Positions 18,482-27,913 of a stretch of DNA of 64,000 nucleotides are shown here, one piece after another. Under the pieces are notes generated by a model. It was not told the DNA's origin and did no database searches. It saw only the letters and a program-made list of their open reading frames with translations. Made by a program: the position numbers and the translations under genes. Position 1 is the stretch's first letter. The number at the start of each line of letters is the position of its first letter. The DNA is from Anaerolineae bacterium (lineage in GTDB: Bacteria; Chloroflexota; Anaerolineae; JAAEKA01): positions 64,278 through 128,277 of the forward strand of contig JBAQWV010000041.1 in the NCBI GenBank assembly GCA_049299095.1. Reading direction: 5' to 3'.

Positions 18482-19756
18482 CTAGTCGCCAATCCATTCC
18501 ACAATCGTCGCTTCGCCCTGCCCCACGCCGACACACAGCGTCACCAGCCCATAACGCACCGGCTGGCCCGCGGCCGCGCGCAGCCGCATTTCGTGTACCA
18601 GCGTCGTCATCAACCGCGCGCCAGAGCAGCCCAACGGATGCCCCAGCGCAATCGCACCGCCGTTGACGTTAGCACGCTCCGGGTCAATCTCCAACTCGCG
18701 CAGGCAGGCGATGCTTTGCACCGCAAACGCCTCATTAATTTCCACCAAACCGATGTCAGCCATGTGCAGCCCCGCGCGCGCCAACGCCTTGCGCGTGGCC
18801 GGCACCGGCCCCAGTCCCATCAGCCGCGGATCAACGCCCGCCGCTGCCGAAGCCACGATGCGCGCCAACGGTCGCACCCCCAGAGTAGACGCGCGCGCCG
18901 CTGACATCAACAACAACGCGGCCGCGCCATCGTTCAAACCGCTGGAATTCCCCGCGGTCACCGTGCCCCCTTTGCGAAAGATCGGGCCTAACTTGGCAAG
19001 CTGCTCCAGGTTGGTATCCAGCACAATTTCGCCTTCGGCAGTACGGCGATAGCGCGGGTGTTCATCCAGTTCCACCAGCGTAGGCGGTCCCTTGCGCTGG
19101 GCAATCGCCACCGGCACCATCTCCTGTGCCAGCCGCCCGCTTTGCATAGCAGCCACCGCGCGCCGCTGGCTTTCCAGCGCAAACGCATCCTGCGCTGCGC
19201 GCGTGATCGCACCACCCGCCACACCGCCCTGCACGCTCAGCTCATAGATATTTTCCGCGGTCTCGCCCATCTGCTCCAGCGGGAACAACGCCTCCAGCCG
19301 CGGATTGGGATAGCGCCAGCCCAGCGTGGTGTCATAGATCGTAGCATGGCCGGTCGGATACGCTCGTTCCGCTTTGGGCATGGAATAAGGGGAGCGGCTC
19401 ATCGATTCGACACCACCCGCCAGATACACATCCCCTTCGCCCGTCTTGATCGCGCGCGCGGCTTGGTTGATCGCATTCAGCCCGGACGCGCACAGCCGGT
19501 TAAAAGTGACGCCTGCCACCTGCTGCGGCAAGCCAGCCAACAGCACCGCCATACGCGCCACATCGCGGTTATCCTCGCCCGCCTGGTTGGCGCACCCCAG
19601 GTACACTTCTTCAATCAGCGCGGGATCAAGGCCAGTACGCTGCACCAACGCCTGCAAAGGCAGCGCGGCCAGGTCATCCGGGCGCACGCCAGCCAGCGCG
19701 CCGCCGTGTCGCCCCACCGGCGTGCGAATCGCATCCACAATCACTGCATCAGGCAT
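18482..19756 (-). CDS. acetyl-CoA C-acyltransferase (thiolase)
   Basis: [16 protein letters not shown]... thiolase N- and C-terminal signatures ([12 protein letters not shown]). Confidence 0.85.
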   Translation of the reverse strand: MPDAVIVDAIRTPVGRHGGALAGVRPDDLAALPLQALVQRTGLDPALIEEVYLGCANQAGEDNRDVARMAVLLAGLPQQVAGVTFNRLCASGLNAINQAARAIKTGEGDVYLAGGVESMSRSPYSMPKAERAYPTGHATIYDTTLGWRYPNPRLEALFPLEQMGETAENIYELSVQGGVAGGAITRAAQDAFALESQRRAVAAMQSGRLAQEMVPVAIAQRKGPPTLVELDEHPRYRRTAEGEIVLDTNLEQLAKLGPIFRKGGTVTAGNSSGLNDGAAALLLMSAARASTLGVRPLARIVASAAAGVDPRLMGLGPVPATRKALARAGLHMADIGLVEINEAFAVQSIACLRELEIDPERANVNGGAIALGHPLGCSGARLMTTLVHEMRLRAAAGQPVRYGLVTLCVGVGQGEATIVEWIGD

Positions 19757-19871
19757 AAACCACCTCGTTCTAAAGTTGCCATCGGCAACCTGCTTATTTG
19801 CTTCGTACCTCATTCTACCATAGAATTAAACAACGCTGGCAAGCAGCGGGTATCTGAAGAAGGAAGCGCCC

Positions 19872-20150
19872 ATGACCACTCCGGCAAACCCATCTGACGG
19901 CATCACCATGATTGCCACGCCATTTTGCTTCGACACCCGGCTGGCGCGCCGCGTATTGGACGAACTGGCCGTGCCCTACACCTTTATAGACATGCGCCAG
20001 GATCAAGCAGCCGCGCGCCAGGTCGAACAGATCACCGGCGGCTTTCGCAGCTCGCCCACGATCCTGTTCCCCGATGGCAGCGTACTGGTCGAGCCATCCG
20101 AGCCGACATTGCGCGCCAAGCTGGCCGCACTCGCTGCCGCCGGTTCCTGA
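19872..20150 (+). CDS. glutaredoxin-like small redox protein (single Cys)
   Basis: MIATPFCFDTRLARRVLDEL...TGGFRSSPTILFPDGS is a thioredoxin-fold, glutaredoxin-like architecture; RBS GAAGGAAG. Confidence 0.55.
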   Translation: MTTPANPSDGITMIATPFCFDTRLARRVLDELAVPYTFIDMRQDQAAARQVEQITGGFRSSPTILFPDGSVLVEPSEPTLRAKLAALAAAGS

Positions 20151-20174
20151 TCCGAATAACCGAGGAGACCCGCC

Positions 20175-20360
20175 ATGCCCCGAGTTGGTCGCAGTTTAAT
20201 CCTGACGATTGCCGTCCTCATCGCCTTTTGGTTAATCTGGAGCAAGCTGCGCATTGTCGTGTTCGTCAACGCCAGTTTCAGCCAGATTTTGCTACTCTTC
20301 GCCGTGCTGGCCGTGGCGCTCTTCCTCGGCATTGACTACCTGCTCAACCACGACCGGTAG
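20175..20360 (+). CDS. small 2-TM membrane protein
   Basis: 61 aa with two hydrophobic helices; GAGGAG RBS. Confidence 0.45.
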   Translation: MPRVGRSLILTIAVLIAFWLIWSKLRIVVFVNASFSQILLLFAVLAVALFLGIDYLLNHDR

Positions 20361-20398
20361 TCATCTGCCACCTATCTACTTATCTGCTGAATTGTCCC

Positions 20399-21676
20399 AT
20401 GTCATCATTTCACTTGACTGACGAAGAACAGCGCCTGCTGGCAGGCGACGAAGGCCCCGGCGTCCAACGCGCCATGGAGATCGTCGCCACCCTGGGCCGC
20501 ATCTACGGCGCGCCCGATCTCGTGCCGATCACCCACGCACAGATCGCCGGGGTCAGCTACAAAAACCTGGGCGACGCGGGCGTGCAATTCCTGCTCGAAT
20601 GGGCCGCGCAGGGCGCGCGGGTGCGCGTTCCCACCACTCTCAACCCCGCAGGCATGGAACTGGCACGCTGGCAAGAAATGGGCATCCAACCCAGCTTTGC
20701 CGAACCGCAACTGAGCGCAATTGACGCGTTCGCGCAGATGGGTGTCACCCCCACCATGAGCTGCACCCCGTACCTCTTCCCCGGCTACGTGCCGCGCCGC
20801 GGCGATCCACTAGCGTGGGCCGAAAGCTCCGCAGTCATCTTCGCCAACTCGATCCTTGGCGCGCGCAGCAACCGCGAAGGCGGCCCCTCCGCGCTGGCCG
20901 CGGCCATTGTCGGACGCACCCCGCGCTACGGCTATCATCTGGACAGCGAGCGGCTAGCTGATGTAGTGATCGAAGTGCGCTGCCCCGTGCGTGACGTGGC
21001 CGACTTCGGCGCGCTAAGCTACATCGTCGGTAAGCAGGTGGGCAACGCCACCCTGTGGTGGGATGATTTAGCCACCTGGCTGCCGCCGCTCCCTGACGAT
21101 CTGACACAGGGTGGCGATGCAGGCGACCGGCTAAAAACACTGGGTGCGGGGCTGGCTGCCTATGGCGCGGTGGCGCTCTTTCATGTCGCCGGGTACACGC
21201 CGGAAGCGCGCGAACTCGGCGCGCAGTTGATCCGTCCCCACGCGCGGCGGCTCAGCGTTGACAGCCTCGATCCGGGCTATGCTGTAATGGACGCCGACCC
21301 CGGCCTGCGCGCCATTGACCTCGTCACCATCGGCTGCCCGCACGCCAGCCTGAGCGAAATCGAACAGATCGCCGAGCGGCTGCACGGCCAGCAGGTACGC
21401 ACGCAGCTCTGGGTCACCACCGCCAACATCACGCGCGCCCGCGCCCGTGAAGCAGGCTGGGTGCAGACCATTGAAGCCGCAGGTGGGCAAGTCGTGGCCG
21501 ACACCTGCGCTGTCGTCGCGCCGATGCGCAGTCTGGGCGTCACGAGCATGGCCACCAACGCGGGCAAGATGGCCTGTTACGCGCCCGCGCACAGCAAGGT
21601 TAAGATGCGCTACGGCAGCCTGGAGCAGTGTCTTGACGCGGCGCTCACGGGCGAATGGGCAGACGCGTCGCCGTAG
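20399..21676 (+). CDS. aconitase X catalytic-domain protein (AcnX/DUF521 family)
   Basis: About 400-aa DUF521-like sequence (VPTTLNP..., SCTPY...); no adjacent small (DUF126) subunit. Confidence 0.55.
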   Translation: MSSFHLTDEEQRLLAGDEGPGVQRAMEIVATLGRIYGAPDLVPITHAQIAGVSYKNLGDAGVQFLLEWAAQGARVRVPTTLNPAGMELARWQEMGIQPSFAEPQLSAIDAFAQMGVTPTMSCTPYLFPGYVPRRGDPLAWAESSAVIFANSILGARSNREGGPSALAAAIVGRTPRYGYHLDSERLADVVIEVRCPVRDVADFGALSYIVGKQVGNATLWWDDLATWLPPLPDDLTQGGDAGDRLKTLGAGLAAYGAVALFHVAGYTPEARELGAQLIRPHARRLSVDSLDPGYAVMDADPGLRAIDLVTIGCPHASLSEIEQIAERLHGQQVRTQLWVTTANITRARAREAGWVQTIEAAGGQVVADTCAVVAPMRSLGVTSMATNAGKMACYAPAHSKVKMRYGSLEQCLDAALTGEWADASP

Positions 21677-22061
21677 ACGGTGGCCGGATAACCTTCACCT
21701 CGACGCCAAGCACGGCTCCGGCGCTCTCCCAGGCCCGGTCGGCTGTCCAAACGGGGAGCTGATAGCGCAGCCCCAGTGCCAAACAGGCCCGATCAGCCAG
21801 CGACAACCCGTGGCCTGCGGACCACAAGCGCGCAGCCTCCTCGGCATCCAGCGCGTCGAACGGCACAATGCGCAGCCCCAGCGCCTCCAGATCGGCTCGC
21901 AGTCCTGCCACCTCGACCCCGTGTGCCAGCGCCTTTTGCCACACTTCTGACCAATTTATGCTGGAAATCGCGGCTTCTGGCAGACTATCTTCGACACTGG
22001 CTGCGCCCGGCTCATCCTGAAGCCAGGCTAACAAGGCAGAGGCATCCAGGATAAGCTTCAC
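21645..22061 (-). CDS. vapC: PIN-domain toxin VapC
   Basis: MKLILDASALLAWL... acidic PIN residues; 4-nt overlap with the upstream antitoxin gene. Confidence 0.8.
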   Translation of the reverse strand: MKLILDASALLAWLQDEPGAASVEDSLPEAAISSINWSEVWQKALAHGVEVAGLRADLEALGLRIVPFDALDAEEAARLWSAGHGLSLADRACLALGLRYQLPVWTADRAWESAGAVLGVEVKVIRPPSTATRLPIRP

Positions 22062-22324
22062 GGACTTTCCTCCACGGCAGCCTCACGCTGCCGTTCAGCA
22101 ATCAATTCGTTGGCCAGGCTGGGTTGACCATACAAGGCGCTGAAACGCTGCTTGGCGCGCTGCGCGATATTGGCCGGTTTTTCCATGATCAGCCGGTCAT
22201 CCTCCAGATAAACCACCAGCTTCTCACCGGTTTTCAACTGCCACGTATGCCGAAGGCTGGCTGGAATCACCACCCGGCCTTGCGGGCCAACCTGCAATTC
22301 TGCAAGCAATGATTTTTCGTGCAT
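22058..22324 (-). CDS. vapB: AbrB/SpoVT-family antitoxin VapB
   Basis: MHEKSLLAELQVGPQGRVVIPASLR... swapped-hairpin motif; the ORF is open upstream to 22384 but the start at 22324 fits the family. Confidence 0.7.
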   Translation of the reverse strand: MHEKSLLAELQVGPQGRVVIPASLRHTWQLKTGEKLVVYLEDDRLIMEKPANIAQRAKQRFSALYGQPSLANELIAERQREAAVEESP

Positions 22325-22346
22325 AATATTCACCTCGTGCCATATT

Positions 22347-22392
22347 TTATCATTATGTGGCACATTTTGAAAAACATGCCACATAATGATAA
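22347..22392. promoter_or_regulatory. perfect 16-bp inverted repeat (TTATCATTATGTGGCA-14 nt-TGCCACATAATGATAA); likely VapB autoregulatory operator
   Basis: Perfect palindrome immediately upstream of or overlapping the vapB start, in the divergent promoter region. Confidence 0.6.
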
Positions 22393-22407
22393 AGTTTAGA
22401 ATATAGC

Positions 22408-23022
22408 ATGGACCTCACCTACGCGCCCCATTTCAACTGCGAGCTGTGCCCGACGCGCTGTGACGGACGCAGCAAGAGTGCATACGTGTTCGAGGAGGAT
22501 GTGGCGCTGTCGGAGGCCGCCGAGGACTGGCTGGCCGGTCATCTGGCCGATGCGCTGGGGGTAGATGTATACAAAGCGCCGCCGCGACGACATGGCCTGC
22601 CCGACCTGGCGCTGATCCGCGGCGACCGCGTACTGGCGCGCGTAGAGGTGAAGGCACAGGGCCGCGCGTTCATGGCCGTCCAGCGGCTCCTGCCGCACGC
22701 CGACTTGTTGCCCTATGAAACGGTCGCGCTCAACCTTAGCGACATCAAACGCTATGCTGCACACTACCGCATGGATGGCGTCCCCCTGTTTTTGATCTGG
22801 CGCGTCAAGCGTCCTTGTTTGGGAGAAGGCTACTGGGGCCAGCACATTGAGCCACTGATGCAGATCGGCAATCACTACCGCGACCATCGCACCTGGCGGC
22901 GTGCGTCCACGAACAGCGATTATGTAGAGGGTGAACACCGCGGCGTGACCGTCAACTATCACTTCAGCCTGCGCGAACTCCTCCCGCTCACCGAACTGCT
23001 GCCGCTGTTGGCCGCGCTGTAG
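22408..23022 (+). CDS. hypothetical protein with PD-(D/E)xK-like nuclease motif and N-terminal Cys cluster
   Basis: ...GLPDLALIRGDRVLARVEVKAQ... matches the PD-x(n)-E-x-K pattern; N-terminal CELCPTRC; 204 aa. Confidence 0.45.
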   Translation: MDLTYAPHFNCELCPTRCDGRSKSAYVFEEDVALSEAAEDWLAGHLADALGVDVYKAPPRRHGLPDLALIRGDRVLARVEVKAQGRAFMAVQRLLPHADLLPYETVALNLSDIKRYAAHYRMDGVPLFLIWRVKRPCLGEGYWGQHIEPLMQIGNHYRDHRTWRRASTNSDYVEGEHRGVTVNYHFSLRELLPLTELLPLLAAL

Positions 23023-23042
23023 CCGAGTGCAGGAGAAAGCCC

Positions 23043-24371
23043 ATGATCCCGAAACCATCCGATTCCGATATTGAAAGCTATGTCGCCCGCTACTACGACA
23101 AAAACGCTGAAAACGAATGGTCACGGCTGGAGCGTCACCCGACCGAGTATGCGGTGACGCTGCGCGCACTGCAAGCCTATTTACCGCCGGCACCGGCGCA
23201 CATTCTGGATTGCGGCGGTGGGCCGGGGCGCTACGCACTCGAATTGACGCGCCAAGGCTATTCGGTCACACTGTTCGATCTAGCCGCGGGGAATCTGGCG
23301 CTGGCCGAGCAAAAAGCCGCAGAAGCTGGGCTGGCTCTGGCCGCGCTGGCACAGGGCAACGCGCTCGACCTGACCCGCTTCGCCGACGATGCTTTCGATG
23401 CGGTGCTGCTGATGGGCCCACTCTATCATCTGTTGGAACGAAACGAGCGAACTCAGGCGTTGTGCGAAGCCACCCGCGTGCTCAAGCCGGGCGGCGTCCT
23501 TTTCGCCGCGTTTCTGGCCCCGTACGCCGCGCACCGCGATGCGGCCATTCGCTACCCCGAAGAGCCGCTGCTCAATTCTGCGCTCTACGAGGAAATCGAA
23601 CGCAGCGGACGACTGTTGCCGCGCAGCCCGGATGCAACCGCCTTTAGCGCGTACTTTGCCCAGCCTGCCGAAGTGCAGACACTCTGCCGCGCGGCCGGGC
23701 TGGAGATGCTCACCCTGCTCGGTGTAGAAGGCCATGTGGGTATCAACGAGACGGGCGGCGTCAACAGCCTGTCCGGGCCAGCCTGGGAATGGTGGGTTGA
23801 AGCGAATTGGCGCGTCGCCGCCGATCCAGCCATTCATAGTGCGGTCGAACATTTGCTGGCCGTGGCTCGTAAACCGCGTTGGCCGCGCGTGCTGGCCGCG
23901 TTACAGCAGCAGGCAGCGGCCGCGGGGGTGCAGTTGATGCTCACCGGCGGGGCCGGACTGGCCGCGCAGGGGATGCCGGTGGCTGTGCGCGACCTTGATC
24001 TTCTGACCGACCGCGCGGGCGCATACCGGCTCAGCGAACTTTGGAATGCTTTTGCCATTCAGCCTGTACAATACAGCGAAAACCCACCCTATCGTTCGCA
24101 TTTTGGTCGCTTTTTGTTCGACGGCATAGGGGTTGACCTGATGGCCGAACTCGAATGGCGCACGGAAGACCACTGGCAGCCCATCACATCAGCCACCAGC
24201 CAGACAGTGACTGTCGCTGGGGTGGAAATTCTTGTGCCGTGGGCCGAAGAGGAATTTCTGGCGTACATTCGCCGGGGACGACTGGAGCGCGCCGCGGCCA
24301 TTTTGCCGCACCTTGACCCCCAACGGCTGCTGCAATTGCTGCGCGGCCAGCCCGTTGCGGGCATGGTGTGA
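23043..24371 (+). CDS. fusion protein: class I SAM-dependent methyltransferase (N-terminal) plus Lnu/ANT(2'')-like pol-beta nucleotidyltransferase (C-terminal)
   Basis: Motif I ILDCGGGPGRYALEL and Methyltransf_25-like core (about aa 40-200); C-terminal LMLTGGAGLAAQGMPVAVRDLDLL resembles the GGxG...DxD motif of Lnu/ANT-type nucleotidyltransferases. Confidence 0.6.
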   Translation: MIPKPSDSDIESYVARYYDKNAENEWSRLERHPTEYAVTLRALQAYLPPAPAHILDCGGGPGRYALELTRQGYSVTLFDLAAGNLALAEQKAAEAGLALAALAQGNALDLTRFADDAFDAVLLMGPLYHLLERNERTQALCEATRVLKPGGVLFAAFLAPYAAHRDAAIRYPEEPLLNSALYEEIERSGRLLPRSPDATAFSAYFAQPAEVQTLCRAAGLEMLTLLGVEGHVGINETGGVNSLSGPAWEWWVEANWRVAADPAIHSAVEHLLAVARKPRWPRVLAALQQQAAAAGVQLMLTGGAGLAAQGMPVAVRDLDLLTDRAGAYRLSELWNAFAIQPVQYSENPPYRSHFGRFLFDGIGVDLMAELEWRTEDHWQPITSATSQTVTVAGVEILVPWAEEEFLAYIRRGRLERAAAILPHLDPQRLLQLLRGQPVAGMV

Positions 24372-24405
24372 TCCTGCTTCTGGCTCAGTCGGTCACTTTC
24401 GTCAG

Positions 24406-26715
24406 CTACGTCCCCACAACGCGCAGGCGCGCCATGCTGGCCATCAGCTTCTTGATGCCCTTGCCCGGAAACGCCACACTCACGTACTCGTCGTCATCGG
24501 CCAACTCGGTACTAACCACCACTCCCTCGCCAAACAGCCCGTGACTGACACGTTGACCCGGCTTGAACTGCGCCTGCCGCGCCGTGCCAGCCGCGGGCGC
24601 GGCTGCCGCGCCGGGGCGCGGCCCTGAACGCGGCGCAGCGGGACTCCACACCGTGGCGCGTGCGTCCGGCTGGCGACGCACCTCATTACGTGCCTGCTGC
24701 TTGCGCCCGCGCATCCCCTGCCCATTGACCAAATGCGGCGGAATATCATCGAGGAATGGGCTAGGCGGGTTCACCTGCGACGCGCCATACAACATGCGGC
24801 GAAAAGCATGGATGAGGTATAAATGCTGCTTGGCGCGCGTGATGCCGACATAGGCCAAGCGGCGCTCCTCCTGCATCTGATCGGGGTCATCCTTGCTGCG
24901 GCTGTGCGGGAAGATACCTTCCTCCAGACCAACGATAAAAACCACTGGATATTCCAGCCCTTTGGCGGTGTGTAGCGTCATCAGGGTCGGCACCGACTGC
25001 GTTTCTGGCAGCTCATCGCTGTCGCTTACCAAAGCCACCTCTTCCAAAAACGCCGCCAGCCCCTCCCCTTCAGCGAAATCCGCATAGTTGGCGGCCACTG
25101 TGCGCAGTTCTTGTAAGTTCTCCCAGCGCCCCTCCCCTTCTTCCGTGCCGTCGCGCACATACGTGGCGTAGCCCGATTCGTCGAGGATACGATCCAGCAA
25201 CTGGCCGACCTGCAAGTTGGGCCTGGCAGCAATCCAACCGGCCAGCAAGCGCCAGAAGCTCAGCAGCGCGGCCTTCGCAACACCGCTGAACGGTGCTTCA
25301 TCCAGCGCCTGCGGTGACAGCGTCTTGCGCGCCAGCTCGCCGCGCTCGCCAGCCAGCACGCGCAGCGCCTCTGTCTGCGACAGTCCCAGTTGGTACGCCC
25401 ACTGCGTTAGCGCACTTTCGCTGGTCTTACCGATGCGCCGCGGCGGCTCGTTGATCACGCGCGCCAGACTGATGCTGTCGTCGGGATTATGCACCAGCCG
25501 CAAATAAGCGATGGCGTCCTTGATTTCCTTGCGTTCGTAGAAACGCGTCGCGCCGACGAGGCGATAGGGCAAGTTGCGCCGCACAAATGCATCTTCCAGC
25601 GCGCGCGACTGCGCGTTGGTGCGGTAGAGGATGACGCAATCGCCCGGTTCCAGGCCGTTACGCGCTGCGGTCAGCCGCGCGATCTCATCCACCACGTAGT
25701 TGGCCTCATCCATCTCGTCATAAGCCTGGTAAACAGTCACCAGCGCGCCGCCGCTGCGTTCTGTGAATAACTTTTTCGGCGTGCGCGCACTGTTGTGACG
25801 AATCACCTCATTGGCCGCGTCCAGGATCACCTGCGTCGAGCGGTAATTGCGCTCCAGCAGCACCTGGCGCATGTCGGGGAAATCCTCGCGCAAGCGGCGA
25901 ATGTTGCGCGGGTCCGCGCCGCGCCAGCCGTAGATAGACTGGTCTTCGTCAGCCACGCAAAACAGGTTGCGCTGTGGGCCAACGAGCAACTTCACCAGCT
26001 CGTACTGCGCCACGTTCGTATCCTGAAACTCGTCCACCAGCAGATGCAGATAACGTTCCTGGTAGCGCGTGCGCACATCGGGATGATCGCGCAGCAGCAG
26101 CGCGGTTTCCATTAACAGATCGTCGAAATCCAGCGCGTTGTTGTTGCGCAGAATCTCCTGATAGCGCGTGTAAATCCGTCCAGCCACCTCTTCCCAGTAG
26201 GTATGCGTTTCCAGTGTAGCAGGTATCACCAACTCATTCTTGCAGCGGCTGATGAAGCCGTGGATCGCCTGGGGCCGGTACAGCTTATCGTTAAGGTTCA
26301 GCTCCTTGATCACCGTCTTAACGATACGCAGTTGATCGTCACTGTCGAAGATGACAAAGTTATTGGGAAAAGGGGTGCTTTGCGGCTCGCGGCGCAGAAT
26401 CTGCGCGCAAATCGAGTGAAATGTACCGATAGTCAGGCCGCGCAACCCGCTACGGCTGGGGGTTTCTGCCGCGTTCACCACATCACCGCCCAGGATGCGT
26501 TCGGTGCGCGCGCGCATCTCGCGCGCGGCCTTGTTGGTGAAGGTAACCGCCATCAGCCGGTAGGGCGGAATGCCGCGCTGCTGCACCAGATAGGCGATGC
26601 GATGCGTCAACACGCGCGTCTTGCCGGAGCCTGGCCCAGCCAGCACCAGCGCCGGGCCATCTGGCGCTGTCACCGCGGCGATTTGTTGTTCATTCAGACC
26701 TGCGAGAATATCCAT
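24406..26715 (-). CDS. pcrA: ATP-dependent DNA helicase UvrD/PcrA
   Basis: MDILAGLNEQQIAAVTAPDGPALVLAGPGSGKTRVLTHRIAYL... SF1 helicase motifs throughout; 769 aa. Confidence 0.9.
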   Translation of the reverse strand: MDILAGLNEQQIAAVTAPDGPALVLAGPGSGKTRVLTHRIAYLVQQRGIPPYRLMAVTFTNKAAREMRARTERILGGDVVNAAETPSRSGLRGLTIGTFHSICAQILRREPQSTPFPNNFVIFDSDDQLRIVKTVIKELNLNDKLYRPQAIHGFISRCKNELVIPATLETHTYWEEVAGRIYTRYQEILRNNNALDFDDLLMETALLLRDHPDVRTRYQERYLHLLVDEFQDTNVAQYELVKLLVGPQRNLFCVADEDQSIYGWRGADPRNIRRLREDFPDMRQVLLERNYRSTQVILDAANEVIRHNSARTPKKLFTERSGGALVTVYQAYDEMDEANYVVDEIARLTAARNGLEPGDCVILYRTNAQSRALEDAFVRRNLPYRLVGATRFYERKEIKDAIAYLRLVHNPDDSISLARVINEPPRRIGKTSESALTQWAYQLGLSQTEALRVLAGERGELARKTLSPQALDEAPFSGVAKAALLSFWRLLAGWIAARPNLQVGQLLDRILDESGYATYVRDGTEEGEGRWENLQELRTVAANYADFAEGEGLAAFLEEVALVSDSDELPETQSVPTLMTLHTAKGLEYPVVFIVGLEEGIFPHSRSKDDPDQMQEERRLAYVGITRAKQHLYLIHAFRRMLYGASQVNPPSPFLDDIPPHLVNGQGMRGRKQQARNEVRRQPDARATVWSPAAPRSGPRPGAAAAPAAGTARQAQFKPGQRVSHGLFGEGVVVSTELADDDEYVSVAFPGKGIKKLMASMARLRVVGT

Positions 26716-26738
26716 GCTTCCTAACCAATCTTACCTGT

Positions 26739-27713
26739 CTACTCGTCCACTTGCAGCAACAACTTGCCCGCGGTTTGGCGGCTTTGCAGCAAACGGTGCG
26801 CCTCTGCCGCGTCTCGCAGCGGCAACATGCGATCAACGCGCACCTTGAGCTGCCCCTCCGTCACCCACATAAACACATCCCCGGCGCGGCTCAACAGCTC
26901 CGTGCGCGTGGTTATGTAATGCGCCAGATTGGGCCGCGTGGCATACAGCGACCCCTTCTGGTTGAGCAGTTGCAGATCAATCGGCGGCACTGGCCCACTG
27001 GACTGACCAAACAACACCATCAGCCCGCGCGGGCGCAGACAGGCCAGACTTTGCATGAACGTCGCCTGTCCCACCGAATCATAGACCACATTCACCCCGC
27101 GGCCCGCGGTGATGTCCTTCACCGCGTCCACAAAGTCGGTTTCCGTGTACAGGACGACATGATCTGCCCCGTCGGCCGCGGCCAGCTCCGCCTTGGCCGC
27201 GCTACCCACAGTGGCAATCACGGTCGCACCCATCATCTTGGCAATCTGCACCAGCAAGGAACCGGTCGCCCCCGCGGCCGCATGTACCAGCGCCACATCG
27301 TCCGGGCCGAGCGCGTAGGTGCTGAGCGCCAGATAGTGCGCAGTCATGCCCTGCAACAGCACCGCGGCTGCGCGGTCCAGGCTCAAACCATCCGGCACCG
27401 GCACCAACTTATCCGCGGGAGCCAGCGCATAGTCGCCGTACGTGCCTGCGGTCATGCAATAGGCCACGCGGCTGCCGCGGCGCACGCCGACAACATCTGG
27501 CCCCAGCGCGTCGACAACACCCGCACCCTCGACGCCGGGGGTGAAGGGGAGTGGCAACGGATACTGGCCGAGGCGATGATACACGTCAATAAAATTCACG
27601 CCAGCCGCCGCAATCTTCACGCGCACCTGACCCGGGCCTGGCTCAGGCAACGGCGCATCACCGTAAACCAACACTTCGGGGCCGCCGAATTGTTGAATTT
27701 GAATTGCTTTCAT
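26739..27713 (-). CDS. qor: NADPH:quinone oxidoreductase (zinc-type ADH superfamily)
   Basis: MKAIQIQQFGGPEVLVYGD... AAGATGSLLVQIAK is a typical Qor. Confidence 0.8.
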   Translation of the reverse strand: MKAIQIQQFGGPEVLVYGDAPLPEPGPGQVRVKIAAAGVNFIDVYHRLGQYPLPLPFTPGVEGAGVVDALGPDVVGVRRGSRVAYCMTAGTYGDYALAPADKLVPVPDGLSLDRAAAVLLQGMTAHYLALSTYALGPDDVALVHAAAGATGSLLVQIAKMMGATVIATVGSAAKAELAAADGADHVVLYTETDFVDAVKDITAGRGVNVVYDSVGQATFMQSLACLRPRGLMVLFGQSSGPVPPIDLQLLNQKGSLYATRPNLAHYITTRTELLSRAGDVFMWVTEGQLKVRVDRMLPLRDAAEAHRLLQSRQTAGKLLLQVDE

Positions 27714-27913
27714 AATGATTTCCTCAATTCACAGCAACAAAAACGAACGGAGCTATGCGTTCCGATTGTACCCTATGTGCGCACCTCCGGCCAAACAACT
27801 GGCAGGATAATGCGCCGTATCTTTTGTACGCTGTTTGTGTTATCCTTGATGGACGGACTGCCAAGCCAGCAGCCCGCTTTCTTATGTCATAGCCCTTTTC
27901 CTGGAGGTGCGCC

